Shown one piece after another: positions 1 through 14,362 of a stretch of 64,000 bases of DNA. Under the pieces are notes generated by a model, which was not told the origin of the DNA, searched no databases, and saw only the letters and a program-made list of their open reading frames with translations. A program made the position numbers and the translations under genes. How positions within the stretch are numbered: the stretch's first letter is position 1; each line of letters begins with the position of its first letter. The stretch is from Octopus vulgaris (Eukaryota): NCBI GenBank assembly GCA_951406725.2, contig OX597815.1:64356001-64420000 (forward strand), given 5' to 3'.

Positions 1-687
1 TTGCATATGTGTGTGTATGTAGTATGTGTTTATGTATGTATGTATGTATGTATATATGTTTGTATGTGTATATGTGTGTATGTATGACTTGTATGCATGT
101 ATGTATTTATGCATGCATTTATGCATGTATGTATGCACGTACGTATATGTGCATGTATATATGTTTCCATGCACGTATGTACATATGTATGTATGTATAT
201 ATGCATGTGTGTACGTATACGTACGTATATATACGTATGCATGTATGTATGTACGTATGTATGTATGTGTTTATATGTATGTATATATGTAAGAAGAAGC
301 GAAGTATATGCATGCATTTATCTAGTCCCGGTAACTGCTGTACGTTTTAATTGTCCTGGTGTGTCTATACACGAATACGGACGCGTGTGTGCGTGACTAT
401 GTGTGTATGTGTATATGTTCGTGCTTGTGTAGGTGTGTGTGTGTGCGCGCGCGTGTGCATTTACATGAAACACACATTCCTACTGATGTATTGCACATCG
501 TGGCGACATCTGTAATCGCACTACTTTCAGACTCTTACACCCCATATACTCATACATAATCACAGATGCATATATACATGCATATAATATATAAACACAG
601 ACACATATATAAATGCTTACACATATGTACATACGACAAAATATATTTGTGCCTTTATGTGTGAGCCCCCTTGCGTATGTGTATGAG

Positions 688-754
<67 letters not shown>

Positions 755-1014
755 GTATATATATATATATGTGTGTGTGTATGTATACATATACGTACAT
801 ATACATACATATCAATACGTATATGTACACATACATATATATATGTATATGTACACATACATATATATGTGTGTGTGTATATATGTATACATATTACACA
901 TGCATATGCAAGTTCATTTATATGTAACTGTGTATGCTCATGTATATGTATACACGCATACATTTAAACATTTAAATATATATATATATATATGCTCTTG
1001 TGACTTATGTATGA

Positions 1015-1061
<47 letters not shown>

Positions 1062-1157
1062 TGTATGTGTGTATGTATATGTGCGTGAATGTACGTTAAA
1101 TGAGCGCATACAGGCATGTTTATCTTAATGTATGAGTATGTGCCTTCGTATGCGTGC

Positions 1158-1208
<51 letters not shown>

Positions 1209-1240
1209 CCTCTGTGTGTGTGTGTGTGTATGTGTTTGTG
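1..1240. repeat. Compound (TATG)n/(TA)n/(TG)n microsatellite field
   Basis: Directly visible; all overlapping ORFs are YI/CV/MYVC repeats. Confidence 0.95.
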
Positions 1241-1689
1241 TGTGCACGGGCGTGTGCATGCGTGTGTCTACGAAGCGTATAGCTAGGAGCGATCTACCAG
1301 CTGACGTGTAAAAGACGGAAGACTCCAGGCGCCCGTTCTTCCGTGTGTAGAATTTTAGCATCGATGATGGGTCGGTGGCGGGGAGAGTGGAGGTTAGCGT
1401 GAGAGAGTTGGGAGTGGGGTAGTGGTAGGGAGAGGGTTGGCGGTGATTCTGGAGATGAAAGAATGAGAGAGAGAAGATGAAGGGGGAAAGCATGATGAAT
1501 AACAGGAAAACTAAGAAAATACGGCAGCAGCTGATGGTGGTGGTGTGGGGGATGGTCGGGGCGGCTGGTTGGCTGGTTGGTTGGCTGGTTGGTTGGCTGG
1601 TTGGTTGGTTGATAACGGTGACGATGAGAACACTGGAAACGACGACGACGTCGACGATGATCGGCGATGATGGTGAGTAAGAAAGAGGA

Positions 1690-2710
1690 AGATCATGACG
1701 ACGATGAAGATGAAGATGATGGAAATGATGGTGATAATGATGATGGTGATGGTGGTGATGATGATGATGATGATGATGATGAATGATGATGATGATGACT
1801 ATAACGAGGATTATGGTGAGCAAGAGAAGAAAAATTTTAATGATTGATGATGATGACTATTGCGATGATAATCATGATGATGACTGCGGCAGATGATAAT
1901 GATGATGATGATGATGATGACGATGATGATGATGCTCATGGTGGTGGTGATGATAATCTGGCGGAGAAGGTGGAGAACGCGGAAGGTGCAGCAGGAAAAG
2001 TAAAAAGAGAAGATAAAGAAGAGGTAAAAAGGTTAACAAGGACATGGATGTAGGCAAGAAACTGAGAATGTAATCAATTGGTTGTTAGTGGGTGATGGTA
2101 GTAGTAGAGGTAGTGGTAGGAAGTGATGGTAGTGGTGGTGGTGGTGGCGGTGGTGGTGATGGTGGTGGTGGTGGCGGCGGCGGCGGCGGCGACGGTGGTG
2201 GAGGTGGTGGTGGTGGTGGTGGTGGTGCTTGAAGTAACGGTTGATGTTCTTTTGGTGGCGGTGGCAGTGGCAGCGACGGTATTTGTGATGCTATTGTTCT
2301 TCTGGTGATGATGACGATGATAATGATGATAATGATGTTGATAGTGCCGGTGATTGTGGTGGTGATAGTGGTGGTAGTGATGGTGGTGGTGGTGGTGGTG
2401 ATAGTGGTGGTGGTGGTGGTGGTGGTGATAGTGATGGTGGTGGTGGTGGTGGTGGTGGTGGTTATGACGGATGTTATGGAAGTGTGGTTTGCTGACGGTG
2501 TTGATAATGATGATGAGGAGGAGGAGAAGGAGGAGGATGATGATAGTGGCGGCGGGGTGATGATGACTGTCTTTGATCCTGTGTAGGTCGATCACGATTG
2601 ATTTGAGGTTAAGCAACAACAAAAGCAGCAGCGGCAGCAGCAGCAATAGCTATTCAGTTGGAAACAACACCACTACTGCCAACGCCACCAACACCACTAC
2701 CACTACCATT
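1690..2710. repeat. Compound triplet microsatellite field (GAT/GGT/GGC, then CAA/CAG/CAC)
   Basis: Directly visible triplet runs. Confidence 0.9.
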
Positions 2711-2719
2711 CACCAGTAT

Positions 2720-3090
2720 GATTTACTAGAAATAATAGTCAAACTATCTCAAATCACACAATATCTCCACTATGTCTTAACGGACATATCTGATAGAGGT
2801 TTTCTGCACAATAGGAACGATGGGTGTTGGCCAAGGATGGAATCTCTTTGATCATAGGCTGGTTCGCAGAGGGTTGATCTTGGGCCAAACAGCAACAACA
2901 ACAACAACCAACAACAACCAACAACAACAACAGTTATGACAGCGAATATTTTTAGTCTCTATATGGCTGATTTACCTGCTAGAAATAGCAGCCAAATCTT
3001 TCTCAAATCACTATCTCTTGGTATTGTATTCTTAGTTATTCTATATTTCAGAAGGAAATGCGAGCTGGTCACGATTAGGACTAAAATAGA
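2720..3090 (+). repeat. Two copies of a dispersed ~180-bp repeat (core CTAGAAATAGCAGCCAAATC...TCAAATCA...GGTCACG...TTTGA). Other copies at ~4375-4525 (+), ~8045-8200 (+), ~40225-40345 (-), ~40690-40835 (-), ~61900-62085 (+)
   Basis: Mutual similarity of copies within the window, several ending in a (CAA)n tail; probably an old SINE/LINE 3' end. Confidence 0.65.
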
Positions 3091-3789
3091 GTTTAAAAAA
3101 TAATAAAAACATTAACAAGGAAATCATCCAATAGATTCGCTACAGGATTAAGTTCGTCACTATTCACAACTAACACCACAGCCAATTCAAGTCGCATCAA
3201 TCACACACACACACACGCGCGCGCATATATACATGTATGTGTGCGTGAATGTATATGTAAACATACTTCTATTTTATCAGCCATATTACATGAACATCGA
3301 GCCAACAGGTTTTAAAGAATCGTCAGTGACCACACAGCACTGCTTTCCAAACAATGGAAGTGAGATAGCGAAGAGCTTTTTTCTGAAGATTATGAGCATC
3401 TATTCAACTTCAGTCAGCATCATATTGTTGAGCCTGCATGAAGTCTAGCTTGCTACCAGCCTTTCTAAAATCGCAACACGCCGTTTTGATAAAATGACAC
3501 ATCGGATAATGTCGTCGACGGTAACTATATCATCTAAAACTGGAATGGTCACAGCTGGACTGTCTTTGCGGATCACCGTATTACCGACACAAGAATCTAC
3601 CATTCAGGTTCACACTCCACTAGCATTTTGCAGTCATTACAATTAATGAATACATCTATAGTGGACAAATCCTCTCGCACCTCAGACCCTGTAGTCTTAA
3701 GGAAAAGCCATATTTGGTGACGAATCTTTGATGTGAAATTTCATTTATATTACTTCATCGTTCTGTTAACTGCAATCTACATCAGAGAT

Positions 3790-4155
3790 ATATCAGAGCA
3801 CCGTAAGGTCGGTTAGAAAACTAAACACCAAAAGTGCCTGAGGAAGATCCTACGAGTCAACTGGTGGAACTGTGTCACAAGAGGAGATTCTGATAAGAGC
3901 AATGTCATGACCATTGCAAGAGATTGTAGCAGAGCTTTGATTTTGCCTGGCTGGCCACATTCGTCGTCTAGCCAAACGACGGCACTTAAAAACAATGACC
4001 TGGATATCACCTGTCGGCAGACATTTCAAGATGACCTGAAAATAATCATCATTATGCGGCATGGATGTGCAAGAGTAGCAGCTGACCAAACCCAGTAGGA
4101 GAAGGTCTTGTCGCTCAGCGTACTGAGTAGTACAAGAAGACCTAAAGCTAAAATA
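3790..4155 (+). mobile_element. Degenerate RTE-clade LINE 3' end
   Basis: Frameshifted translation HQKCLRKILRVNW...WxGHIRR...TCRQTFQDDLK...ARVAADQTQ, typical of the post-RT C-terminus of RTE elements. Confidence 0.7.
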
Positions 4156-5619
4156 GATATATGTCTCGAAGTAATACTGGATCATCATGAATAGAATGCC
4201 TTTTAACACTGGTCTTCGTGATTGTTTGAAGTTAAACATTAACAGTCATATCCCCACCCACTGCCGCATTTCATACCATTCACTACTATCACCCCAATCC
4301 CCACTCATCATACCACCATCTATAAACTATCCACTACAGAGGCAATAAAAAATAACTGTACACAACGTCCATAACCTTCTAAAATAGTAGCCAAATCTTT
4401 CTCAAATCATACCGTACCGTACCGTCTCAGAAAATGACGAGTGTAAACGGCCACTAGATTCTCTCTACATAGGCAAAAGACAGGATGGTCACGGATGGAA
4501 CATGTTTGACCATTAGCAACAACAACCGTCTATCTCATTCTCTCATACCAATCCTTCCCACACCTTTCTACTAACATCGTACCACTCTCGTTACCCGCTT
4601 AAAACCACCCACCGCACTCTACTTCTCATGCACCACCACCATCTTACAACTACTACCGACCTCCCACTACATCCAGCATAACAATTTACCATCCTTCACC
4701 CACCCAGCCATCATTATCCAATACCACTGAGTAACCATTCTACCTCGGCACCACCGTATTTGGTTATCACGTAAGCGATCTTACGCAAATGGTTCCAGGT
4801 GGTTGTTTCTGATGGAAGACGTCAGAGACAGACAGACAGAATGACCGGCATGCAGGCAGGCAGGCAAGCACAGAGGCTGACAGCCAGAAAGACAGCCGGG
4901 CGGGCTGACAGACAGTCAAACAAGAAACAGAGGTAAGCAAGTACAGACATACATCCAAACCGACTCACAGACAGAGAGCTTAACAGACAGACGGACAGAC
5001 AGAGAGGCAGACAGACGGACAGAGAGACTGACAGACAGAGATACACATAGACACACGCGCGCGCGCGCACAAACACGCACACACATACAGGCTATTGATT
5101 TCGTAACATGGCACAGTTCACGGCAGTTATCGATCAAGGAACTGAAGGAGCTGCTAATTGGACTCGAACCGTGGATGTGGGAGGGAATGGTGGTGGTGGT
5201 GTTGGCGACGATGGTGTTAACGGTGGCTACGGTGGTGGAGTAGAAATCGTGACGGCAGGTGTAGAGGTGATGGTAATGGTTGAGATAGTAGTGATGATGA
5301 TGGTGATGCTGGTGGCGATGGTAGCGGTGGTGGTGGTGGTGGTGGTGGTGGCAGTGACGACGATGAAAAGAGGTAACTGTAATTAGAATTACGGTAATAG
5401 TGGTGGTGGTGGTGGTGGAGGAGGTGATGTGATGGTGGTGGAGGTGGTGGTGGTAGAGGAGGAGGTGATATGATGGTGGTGGAGGTTATAGATATGGTCG
5501 AAATGGCGATAGCGGTGATTATTTTAATGATGGCGCTGGTGTTGTGGAGAGAGAAGTTGGTTGTGGTGATTATAAGCAGTAGAGGTTGAAGGTCGGTGAT
5601 TGTAGAGAAAGCTTCGCTC

Positions 5620-5687
<68 letters not shown>

Positions 5688-6208
5688 TCTCTCTCTCTTT
5701 TTCATTTTCTATATATCTCTGTAAATGTGTGTGTGTGTATATGCCAGACTGCGTGCGTGTGTGATGTGTCTATGTGTATGTGTGTACGTGAGAGAGCGAG
5801 GGAGAGCGAGAGAGGGCGCATGTGTGCGTGTTCGTTCGGGGAAATGTTTCTGCGTTGTTGTTGTTGTTGGTAGTGAGGTTAGTGCTGGTGGCAGCGGTGG
5901 CGGCGGTGGCGGCAGCAGTGGTGGTAGTGGTGGTAGTTGTTGTGATGGTGGTGGTGGTAGTGGTGATGGATTAATGCCACAGGCGATGTGGAGCATGATT
6001 TCGCGTGCTTAGCTGTGTGCATGTGCATCAGGATATAGGTTGAAGATGGTGGTTGAAGGTGGTGCTGATGGTTGCGGTGGTGGTAGTAGTTGCAGTGGTG
6101 GTGGTGGTGGTGGTGGTGGTTGCGGTGGTGGTGGTGGCGGCGGTGATGGTTTACACTTTGGTGGAATCGCTGGTACTGTTTGAGTGTGTAAGTGTACAGT
6201 TGTATGCA

Positions 6209-6247
<39 letters not shown>

Positions 6248-6560
6248 GTGTGTGTGTGCGTGTGTGTGTGTGTTGTGATATGTGCTTGAGTGCGTGTGTG
6301 TGTGTATGTGAGTGCGAATGCAAAGCTGCACGCATACAGGCTTGTATAACGAGAGAGACGAAGAGGGAGAGGGAGGATTGTGCGTTAAATGTTTAGGAGG
6401 TACAGCTATAATAAGGCGGCGTTGGCGGAAATAAGTGGTGCTTGAAGTAGATGGTGGGGTGGGATGGATTGTGCTAATAGTGGAGCTGGATGAGAGGGTG
6501 GCAGCGGCTTTGGAACGATGCTGGCGGCAGCAGGAATTGTGCTTGCATGTATATACATAT

Positions 6561-6600
<40 letters not shown>

Positions 6601-6739
6601 GTACGCATGCATGTATGTGTATATGTATATATATGTATGTGTGTGTGTGTGGCGTGAGATGTTTCGCATGTGTAAGCGCGGAGTTGTATAAGTCCTCTGG
6701 CAACGTGCGTGATTGTGCGTATGTCTCGTGAGTGCATAC

Positions 6740-6776
<37 letters not shown>

Positions 6777-6848
6777 CACACATATACACATGCACACATA
6801 CAAACACACACACACACATATATATATACACCCACGATCCTTTATACA

Positions 6849-6885
<37 letters not shown>

Positions 6886-9800
6886 TGTATATATGTATGC
6901 ATATGCATGTATGTGTATGTATGCACATATGCATGCATGTGTGTGCCAATGCGTTTCATGGGAAGTGGAAATATAAAATACGGTGAATGTGCGTGTATGT
7001 GTGTCTATGTGGGTATGTGTCTGTGTGTGTGTGTGTGTGTGATTGATGCGAGATACGGCATTAGTTAATTATGGACGTGGTGGTGGGTGGTGGTGGCGGC
7101 GGCGCGGCGGCGGTGTTGATGGTGCTGATGCTGGTGCTTGTGGTGGTGCTGGTGATGGCGGTGGCAGTCACGGTGGAGGCGACGGCGGCGGTGGTGACGG
7201 TGACGGCGGCGGCGGCGGCGGCGGCGGTGGTGGTGGTCGGCGTTGTCGTCTTCGTCATCGTCTTCGTTTGTGTGAAGGCAGTGTTTGTGGCGATGGTATA
7301 GGTAATGTACTTGCACGTGTAGCTGTATGTACCAGTGTTATGTACATGTTTGTGTCTGCGTGTGCGTGTGTGTGGTTCGTGTGTGTGTGTGTGTGTGTGT
7401 GTGCGTACATTCGTGCATGTGTGTATGTGTATGTGGCGCCTGTGGTAGCAGTGATGGTGGGGAATTGCTGGAGGAAGTGAAATGTTCGTGTAAGTTCTTG
7501 TGCATATATGTATACGTGTATGTACTTACGTACGTCTGTTTGTCCGTCTGTATGTATGTATCTATGTATGTACGTATTTATGTATGTATGTGCGTATGTA
7601 TGCATATATGCATGTATATGTGTGTGGCTATGGATGATGTATGCCGTTTGTACATACGAAGCACGGCTAACGGCGTTATTCGTAATCTTGTATGTTCGTG
7701 TTTGCGTGTGTTTATTTCTATATTTTGCGTCTGTGGATGTGTTTATGTTAGTGTTTATGTTAGTGGCCAAGAAAACTGAGGCGCTGGTAGAGGAAGCATA
7801 CCTGCAGGCTAGTTTCTGTATGAATGTACGTGTGTATATTTATGTGTATATATATGTAGGTGGAATTGTGGGTTTAGGTTTTATACGCATATATAAAATT
7901 GGAGTTTGTCAAGTTTGGTCAGCAAGCTTACCATTCGATGGGTTGTATCATGTGACCATCTCTACTGTGTGTCCCTGACAGCAATATATATATATATATA
8001 TATATTAAATGAAGCAAGGAGCGAGCTCCTACAGCATAAGCATTCGATTTGACAGAAATAGCAAACAAAAGCCCAGGCTCTTTAAAGAAGAAGGAAACAT
8101 TTGGACAATGTAATTCATGATATACAAAAAGGTCTGACGGTCGCGGTTGGAACGCATTTGATTATTTATCTTTTCAAAGCTCGATTGGTCTGCGTTGAAA
8201 CAAGCGCGTCAACATTGACATTAATCTTAGGTGCCATTTCCATTAAACTGGTAGTGCCATGCACAATCACAATTTTCCTGTTAACTCATAGCAACTGCAA
8301 TTCACAGAACCAACACTTTCTTCACGGATTCATCCTCTTAATTCCTGAAACAATAGACACTTATATCATAACAATGGAGAGCGGCTTCTTGTATCAGGAA
8401 GAGTGGCTACATCTAGTGTTTTGGAGTTCGATTGTAAGCAATCGAACTAGTTAACAGAAGTACAAAGCATTATGTAGTAGAAGCAGAGGGAGAATAAACA
8501 GCGGGTAGACTACTTTTCATGGAAATAAAGGGGGGATAAATAAAGTTTTAGACAAATGAAATGAATATATATCGTCAACTATTACGAAATTCGAGTACAA
8601 GTCAAGTATACAAAAGATACGTTTTACTGTGGATAAGAGAGCAGGTTCTTTATTGTGTATAATAGAGAGAGAGAGAGAAAGAGTTGGGGAGAGAAGGAGA
8701 GAGAGACAGGGGGAGGTTTGTAACGGATTTTTCAACTGTTACAAAGTTAAAATTTTATTTAGCCAGGTGTATTGACCGAAATTGTCCCAGTACATATTTT
8801 ATTGAATCTGGGTGGTAGAAAACACATTTCACATTAGCTAGAATTGAATGCGAAGCGTATTGAGGAGAAACATAGCACTAAATAATTCGGTTTATTTACT
8901 ACTCCACGTTAATAAGTAAAGAGATCACTGTCCAATATTCCTGCTCAAAATACAAAATCTCAAAGACACCAGTTGACTGAGACAGTACGGACTACAATTC
9001 CCTTAATTAAGATAGAGAAAACAGCTGAGGACACTCTAATTGTCAAAGAACTGCTGAGAGATTAACATAGCTGAATGCTGGTAGTGAAAATTAAAATTTG
9101 ATGTGTATTTCTTTATTATCAGACCTAAATCCAATTTTGGCTGAAATAAAATACCATTTTAACTCAATGTAGATTTTTCTTCTATTCATTTAACGCTTTA
9201 AATATTTGATATGTATATTGAGACATTGTGTAGCAGTTTTCATGGAAGTGCACTAACATTTTATCATCAATCAAACGTTGCATGCCTTAAGAGAAGCTCG
9301 ACCTTCCGGTGGCTTGAGATACTATTGTAAACTGCAAGCTAGTTCAGAGGAGCACATGGTCTTAGCAAAAGGAGATGGATGATAGAGAGGAGATGTTCTT
9401 TAAGACACATGCAATGACTGTTCATCGCCAGTAAATATGAAATACCAGTGCAAGTCAAATACCCGTGCATGGAAGTTTAGAGTTAGTTTTCTTTGTGTGT
9501 GCAACAAAAAAGAAATCCCCAATCACCAAATCTTCCCATTACAACTCTGTTTTAACAACTAACAGAAACTAAACGCAGATCAATAAATAAAAAAAAACAT
9601 TTGCTGAAAAATACAAACCACGTCTCCACAGATTATGATATATATTAAAATGATACATTTACCAATAACAAAAGAAACTAAGCTGGTATTCAAATTTTGT
9701 AAAATCATGTGTATAAAACAACTTATTAGTTGCTATACAAATGAAAAAATAAAGACATATCGAAAAAAAAAAAGACAACGAGAATCGTACAAGGTGCCAA

Positions 9801-10466
9801 TATATAGATCTCCATCTTATTTTTTTTCTCTCGCGACACTAAATAAAGTAAGTTACCATCAATAATATTTATTGTTGAAAACCATGAAATTCTGAAACCC
9901 AGAATATGTAATAACTGTAAAAATATAAATGTAAATGTAAATATATGCGCGTATGTGTGTGTGGGTGTTTATGTATGGATATGGATGGATGGAGAGATAG
10001 AGAAATATATATATATATATATATATGCATATATATATATATATATATACATATATATATACATATATATACAGACATAGATATATTCATATACATACAT
10101 ATATATGTATATATATTCATATATATATGAATAGACGTTGTACTTAGGTTCATCCGTCCTTTTGACAAATCGGTGTCCGGCGTACTGGAAGACCCTTAAC
10201 TTTTGTTAAAGCATTACTTTCTAGGAATAAGTCAATCCAATATAAAGTTGGATATGCATGGAATGCCACTGAACAGTTTGGAAATCTTCTGCTTGTGCTT
10301 GAAATCATGGTACTTGCACATTCCTGAGTCTGGGACCCATATTAGCAATAGATATCTTGCCTTGGCTTGTCTCTGCATCATGTCATTCGAGTGGAGAGGG
10401 TCAATGACGTCGTATAAGAGTTATTGAACCTACTATTTTGCAAGTTACGAGTTGATAGCCATCATA

Positions 10467-10502
<36 letters not shown>

Positions 10503-10535
10503 TGTATGTATGTATGTATGTATGTATGTACACAT

Positions 10536-10610
<75 letters not shown>

Positions 10611-10738
10611 ATTTAAAATTAGGATAAAATCTTTATAAGAATTTATCAAGTAGTTAGCGTGAAAAACCTCGTAAGAGAAAAATCCATCAATTTCTCTCTT
10701 AAATGTATTTATTTATATTTATTAATATAAATAAATAA

Positions 10739-10834
<96 letters not shown>

Positions 10835-10840
10835 ATGTAT

Positions 10841-11122
10841 GTATTAAAAAAAATACAAACAGGTACAAGAACACAAAACATTTAGAAGACGATACAAAAA
10901 TCACGGACAGGACATTCAAAGCCTTCAATCTTGAGTCAAGAACCAGATCATCCTGGCAATTTCGGCTGATTAATCTTGAGATTGCTCCAATCTGGCCAGC
11001 CCAAGGAAAAACTAAGCTAAGCGCATTAGATTCCTTGGAAGAAAACTTCGAATGTATACAAAACAAGGACAGAAAACGGACGATGTTACACGAATATGAA
11101 TACAAAAATAGTACGTAAAATC

Positions 11123-11199
<77 letters not shown>

Positions 11200-11907
11200 T
11201 AACAGGACATCACAAACAGGCGTCTTTCGACTAGGACGAATTAAACTCAGCTGGCGTGTTAGGAATGTGCCTTGGGGCAGAGAAACATAAATGTTGGTGT
11301 TACCACGACGGCTGCCAGACCCAAAAGGTCAGTAGTCGGTCAGTCAGTCACGTGTGAAGAGAATAGAGAGGTAAAGAGGGACAGAGGAATTAAGGAGAGG
11401 GAGGACAGAGAGAAAAATGGGAACAAGGAATTAAGGAGGAAGAGAAGAGAGAGCGAGAAAAAGAGACAGGGACAAAGGGAAGTGCAAAGGAAGAAAGGCA
11501 AAAAAAAATGTAGGAGAGCGGGGAGAGAGACAGTGTTGATGAGTTGTACCGAGTTTAGAGAAATGTGTCCTTACATATAAGAGAGAAGGTACGTACGCCG
11601 CTATATATATATATATACGTATATATGTATAAAAAAATACAAACAGGGACAAGAACACAAAACATTTAGAAAACGATACAAAAACACGGACAGGACATTC
11701 GAAGCCTTCAATCTTGAGTCAAGAACCGGATCATCCTCGCAATTTCGGCTGATTAATCTTGAGATTGCTCCAATCTGGCCAGCCCAAGGAAAAACTAAGC
11801 TAAGCGCATTAGATTCCTTGGAAGAAAGCTTCGAATGTATACAAAACAAGGACGGAAAAACGGACGATGTTACACGAATATGAATACCAAAAAAAATACG
11901 TAAAATC

Positions 11908-11940
<33 letters not shown>
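10841..11940. mobile_element. Non-coding element bounded by ~280-bp direct repeats (10841-11122 and 11627-11907), each followed by (AAT)n
   Basis: The two blocks are near-identical (e.g. CAATTTCGGCTGATTAATCTTGAGATTGCTCCAATCTGGCCAGCCCAAGG in both); purine-rich internal spacer; embedded in TA tracts. Confidence 0.75.
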
Positions 11941-11947
<7 letters not shown>

Positions 11948-11994
11948 TATAATAATAATATACAGATATAATATACAGATATATATATATACAT

Positions 11995-12110
11995 ACATAC
12001 AACAAACAGAAATATATAAAACAGCTAACGTTTCGACTACGCTCTTCAACAGAAAGATACACAGAAAAACACAGAAGAGGAGAGAAAATGCGAGCTGAAT
12101 ATACAGATAT
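11995..12110 (-). mobile_element. Short terminal fragment of the Penelope-like family seen at 49065-50370
   Basis: ACGTTTCGACTACGCTCTTCAACAGAAAGATACACAGAAAAA matches ACGTTTCGAGCCTACGCTCTTCTACAGAAAGGGACACAGAAAAA at ~49143. Confidence 0.7.
12026..12056 (-). ncRNA. Degenerate minimal hammerhead-like motif (variant core CUGUUGA)
   Basis: Minus strand reads CUUU-CUGUUGA-A-GAGCGUAGUC-GAAA-CGUU; stems I and II are damaged relative to the 49.1 kb copy. Confidence 0.4.
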
Positions 12111-12135
12111 GTATATATATATATATATATACATG

Positions 12136-12191
<56 letters not shown>

Positions 12192-12462
12192 GTGCGTGTG
12201 TGCATTAGAGTGATGCTAATACAATAACAATGGTTTCATGCGAATAAATTTGTATAGATTGAGGGCAATGGATATTGTAAAGGATATTCTGGGCGGTAAC
12301 ATATGGCAGAAAGGCATATGGGATAAAATATAAAATATTATTTCGTAATTTTGCAATTGGTGAGTAGTGGGTTACATGGAAATTTGGACTGGAAAATATA
12401 TATATGCAATCACGAATGTGCATACAAACATAAATACATACGCACGTACATACATACATACA

Positions 12463-12495
<33 letters not shown>

Positions 12496-12557
12496 GCATG
12501 CATACATTCCTAAATATATACTCATTTTGATCGAATATCGTATTGATATTATAGATA

Positions 12558-12718
12558 GTCCCCGTTTCTTAGCGGTTCGGCAAAAGAGACCGATAGAATA
12601 AGTACTGGGCTTACAAAAGAATAAGTCCCGGGGTCGAGTTGCTCGATTTAAGGCGGTGCTCCAGCATGGCCGCAGTCAAATGACTGAAACAAGTAAAAGA
12701 GTAAAGAGTAAAAGAGTA
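12558..12718 (+). mobile_element. 5'-truncated copy of SINE family A
   Basis: TTAGCGGTTCGGCAAAAGAGACCGATAGAATAAGTAC...GGTGCTCCAGCATGGCCGCAGTCAAATGACTGAAACAAG plus (TAAAAGAG)n tail; matches the 3' half of 46822-47216. Confidence 0.9.
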
Positions 12719-14330
12719 TAGTATATTGCAGTGTATTGTAGCCATTGGGTCGGAGTACTTGTGAGAATTGCATGTGGATGATTGTGTACACGTGAATGTG
12801 AATAAACATATATATACATATAGTATATATATTTCATTAATCTATGAAAGCATATTTCTTAGATTTATGTCTAAATGTGTAAGCGTGCAAAGACATATAT
12901 ATGTGTTTTATATGTGCTAGTGTGAGCCCTCCAGATTGACTATTACTTATATATTGTCACTGAACAATGGATAAGTATTGTGTTCCTAGGTGGAGCAGTA
13001 GGTTGTTAGTTTTGAGTAGTGTACAGTATATCATGCGAGAGGAAGGGGATCTTTATTCGTAGATGTATGTAAGTAGCGGATAGTGTGGGAGAAAGTAAGG
13101 GTTATTTTTAATGTCATACTCAGGTCATCGTGGCTTTCATTGTTAATTTGAATATTAAATCCACGAAACATTATGGGGCGAGTATTAACATGCATTCAGT
13201 TTGTAGTATTACACTGTACATTAAGGTAAGGTGCGATATTAAAAAAAATTAGAAGTAAAATAATTTTACAATATGTAAAACACACTGTAGTTTCCATTTT
13301 TCCTGCGCAGTGGTGCTAAAGGATGGAACATCAGATGGCTGTACGTATATCTGCAACAAACAATGAAAGCTATTATCTCGGTATGTATAAAAAATTTAGA
13401 TGTTATGATGTACTATTACAGGTTTGTGGTCATCATAAGAGGTCATGAAAGATTGTAACGTCCAATATTTGTTGAGTATGAAGGTTTATCTGCTCGTCAT
13501 ATCACTTTAAACTCGTTTCTAATAAATAAATATCTGGTACTAAAGACCCGAGGCTACATACCTACGTAACACATGATATACAGTAAATCAATAACGCAAA
13601 GCAAGATGGCAGCGTGTGAATCGCCAGCAACAGCTTTCGTCAGCTAAATTAATCAGGGGAGATAATTAGGTGATATAGATGTAGTTGTTATCTAATATGA
13701 ATGGTTGGTCGAGTAATTGAGGTTCTATGGTGAAGTCTTTGTGCGGAAGAATCGGGTAAGGGTGTGTTAGATGCATTGTGTAAGTAATTCCAATTAATAT
13801 TGGTTTCTTAATTAATTAAACCCCAGAGAGAAGAGGGTGAAAATTAAACAGTGACTATGAGAGAGAGAGAGAGAGAGTGAAAGAGAGAAAGAGAGAGGGA
13901 GAGAGAGCAGTAGGCGAACAAGAAGAAAGAAGGAGTACGGAGAAAGAGACAACCGTGCTGTGAGTGACAGGTAAAGAGAGGTAGTCACGCAATAGAGACA
14001 TTGTGCGTGTATTCATGTAGGTCTCTATGTGTATGAACATGTAGGAGGTTATGTGCATATATGTAAATGTAGATGTATGTGTGTGTGTATGTGAATAGAT
14101 GTGAAGAGAGTGAATAAAGAGTGAGAAAGAGAGAGTACAAAAGTGAAAAGAGAGTTGTTAATGACATTATGTAAGAAGGAATTGCTGATTTCAGAGAAGG
14201 GGTTGATTTTCTGTGAGAGACAAAGAGAGAGCGAGAGAGAAACAGAGAGATAGATGTTCGGTATAGGAGAAGAAACAGAGACAAGAGATGAGGGATGACA
14301 AACATATAGTGACAAAGGGAGAGAGAGGGG

Positions 14331-14362
<32 letters not shown>

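Noticed and set aside
2074-7316. Pro/His/Thr-rich minus-strand ORFs resembling formin- or extensin-like proteins
   Set aside because: Derived from (GGT)n/(GGC)n runs, open in multiple frames, with no domain or consistent exon chain.
9020-9060. CTGAGGACA...TGTCAAAG hammerhead-like word
   Set aside because: GAAA core and NUH site are absent.
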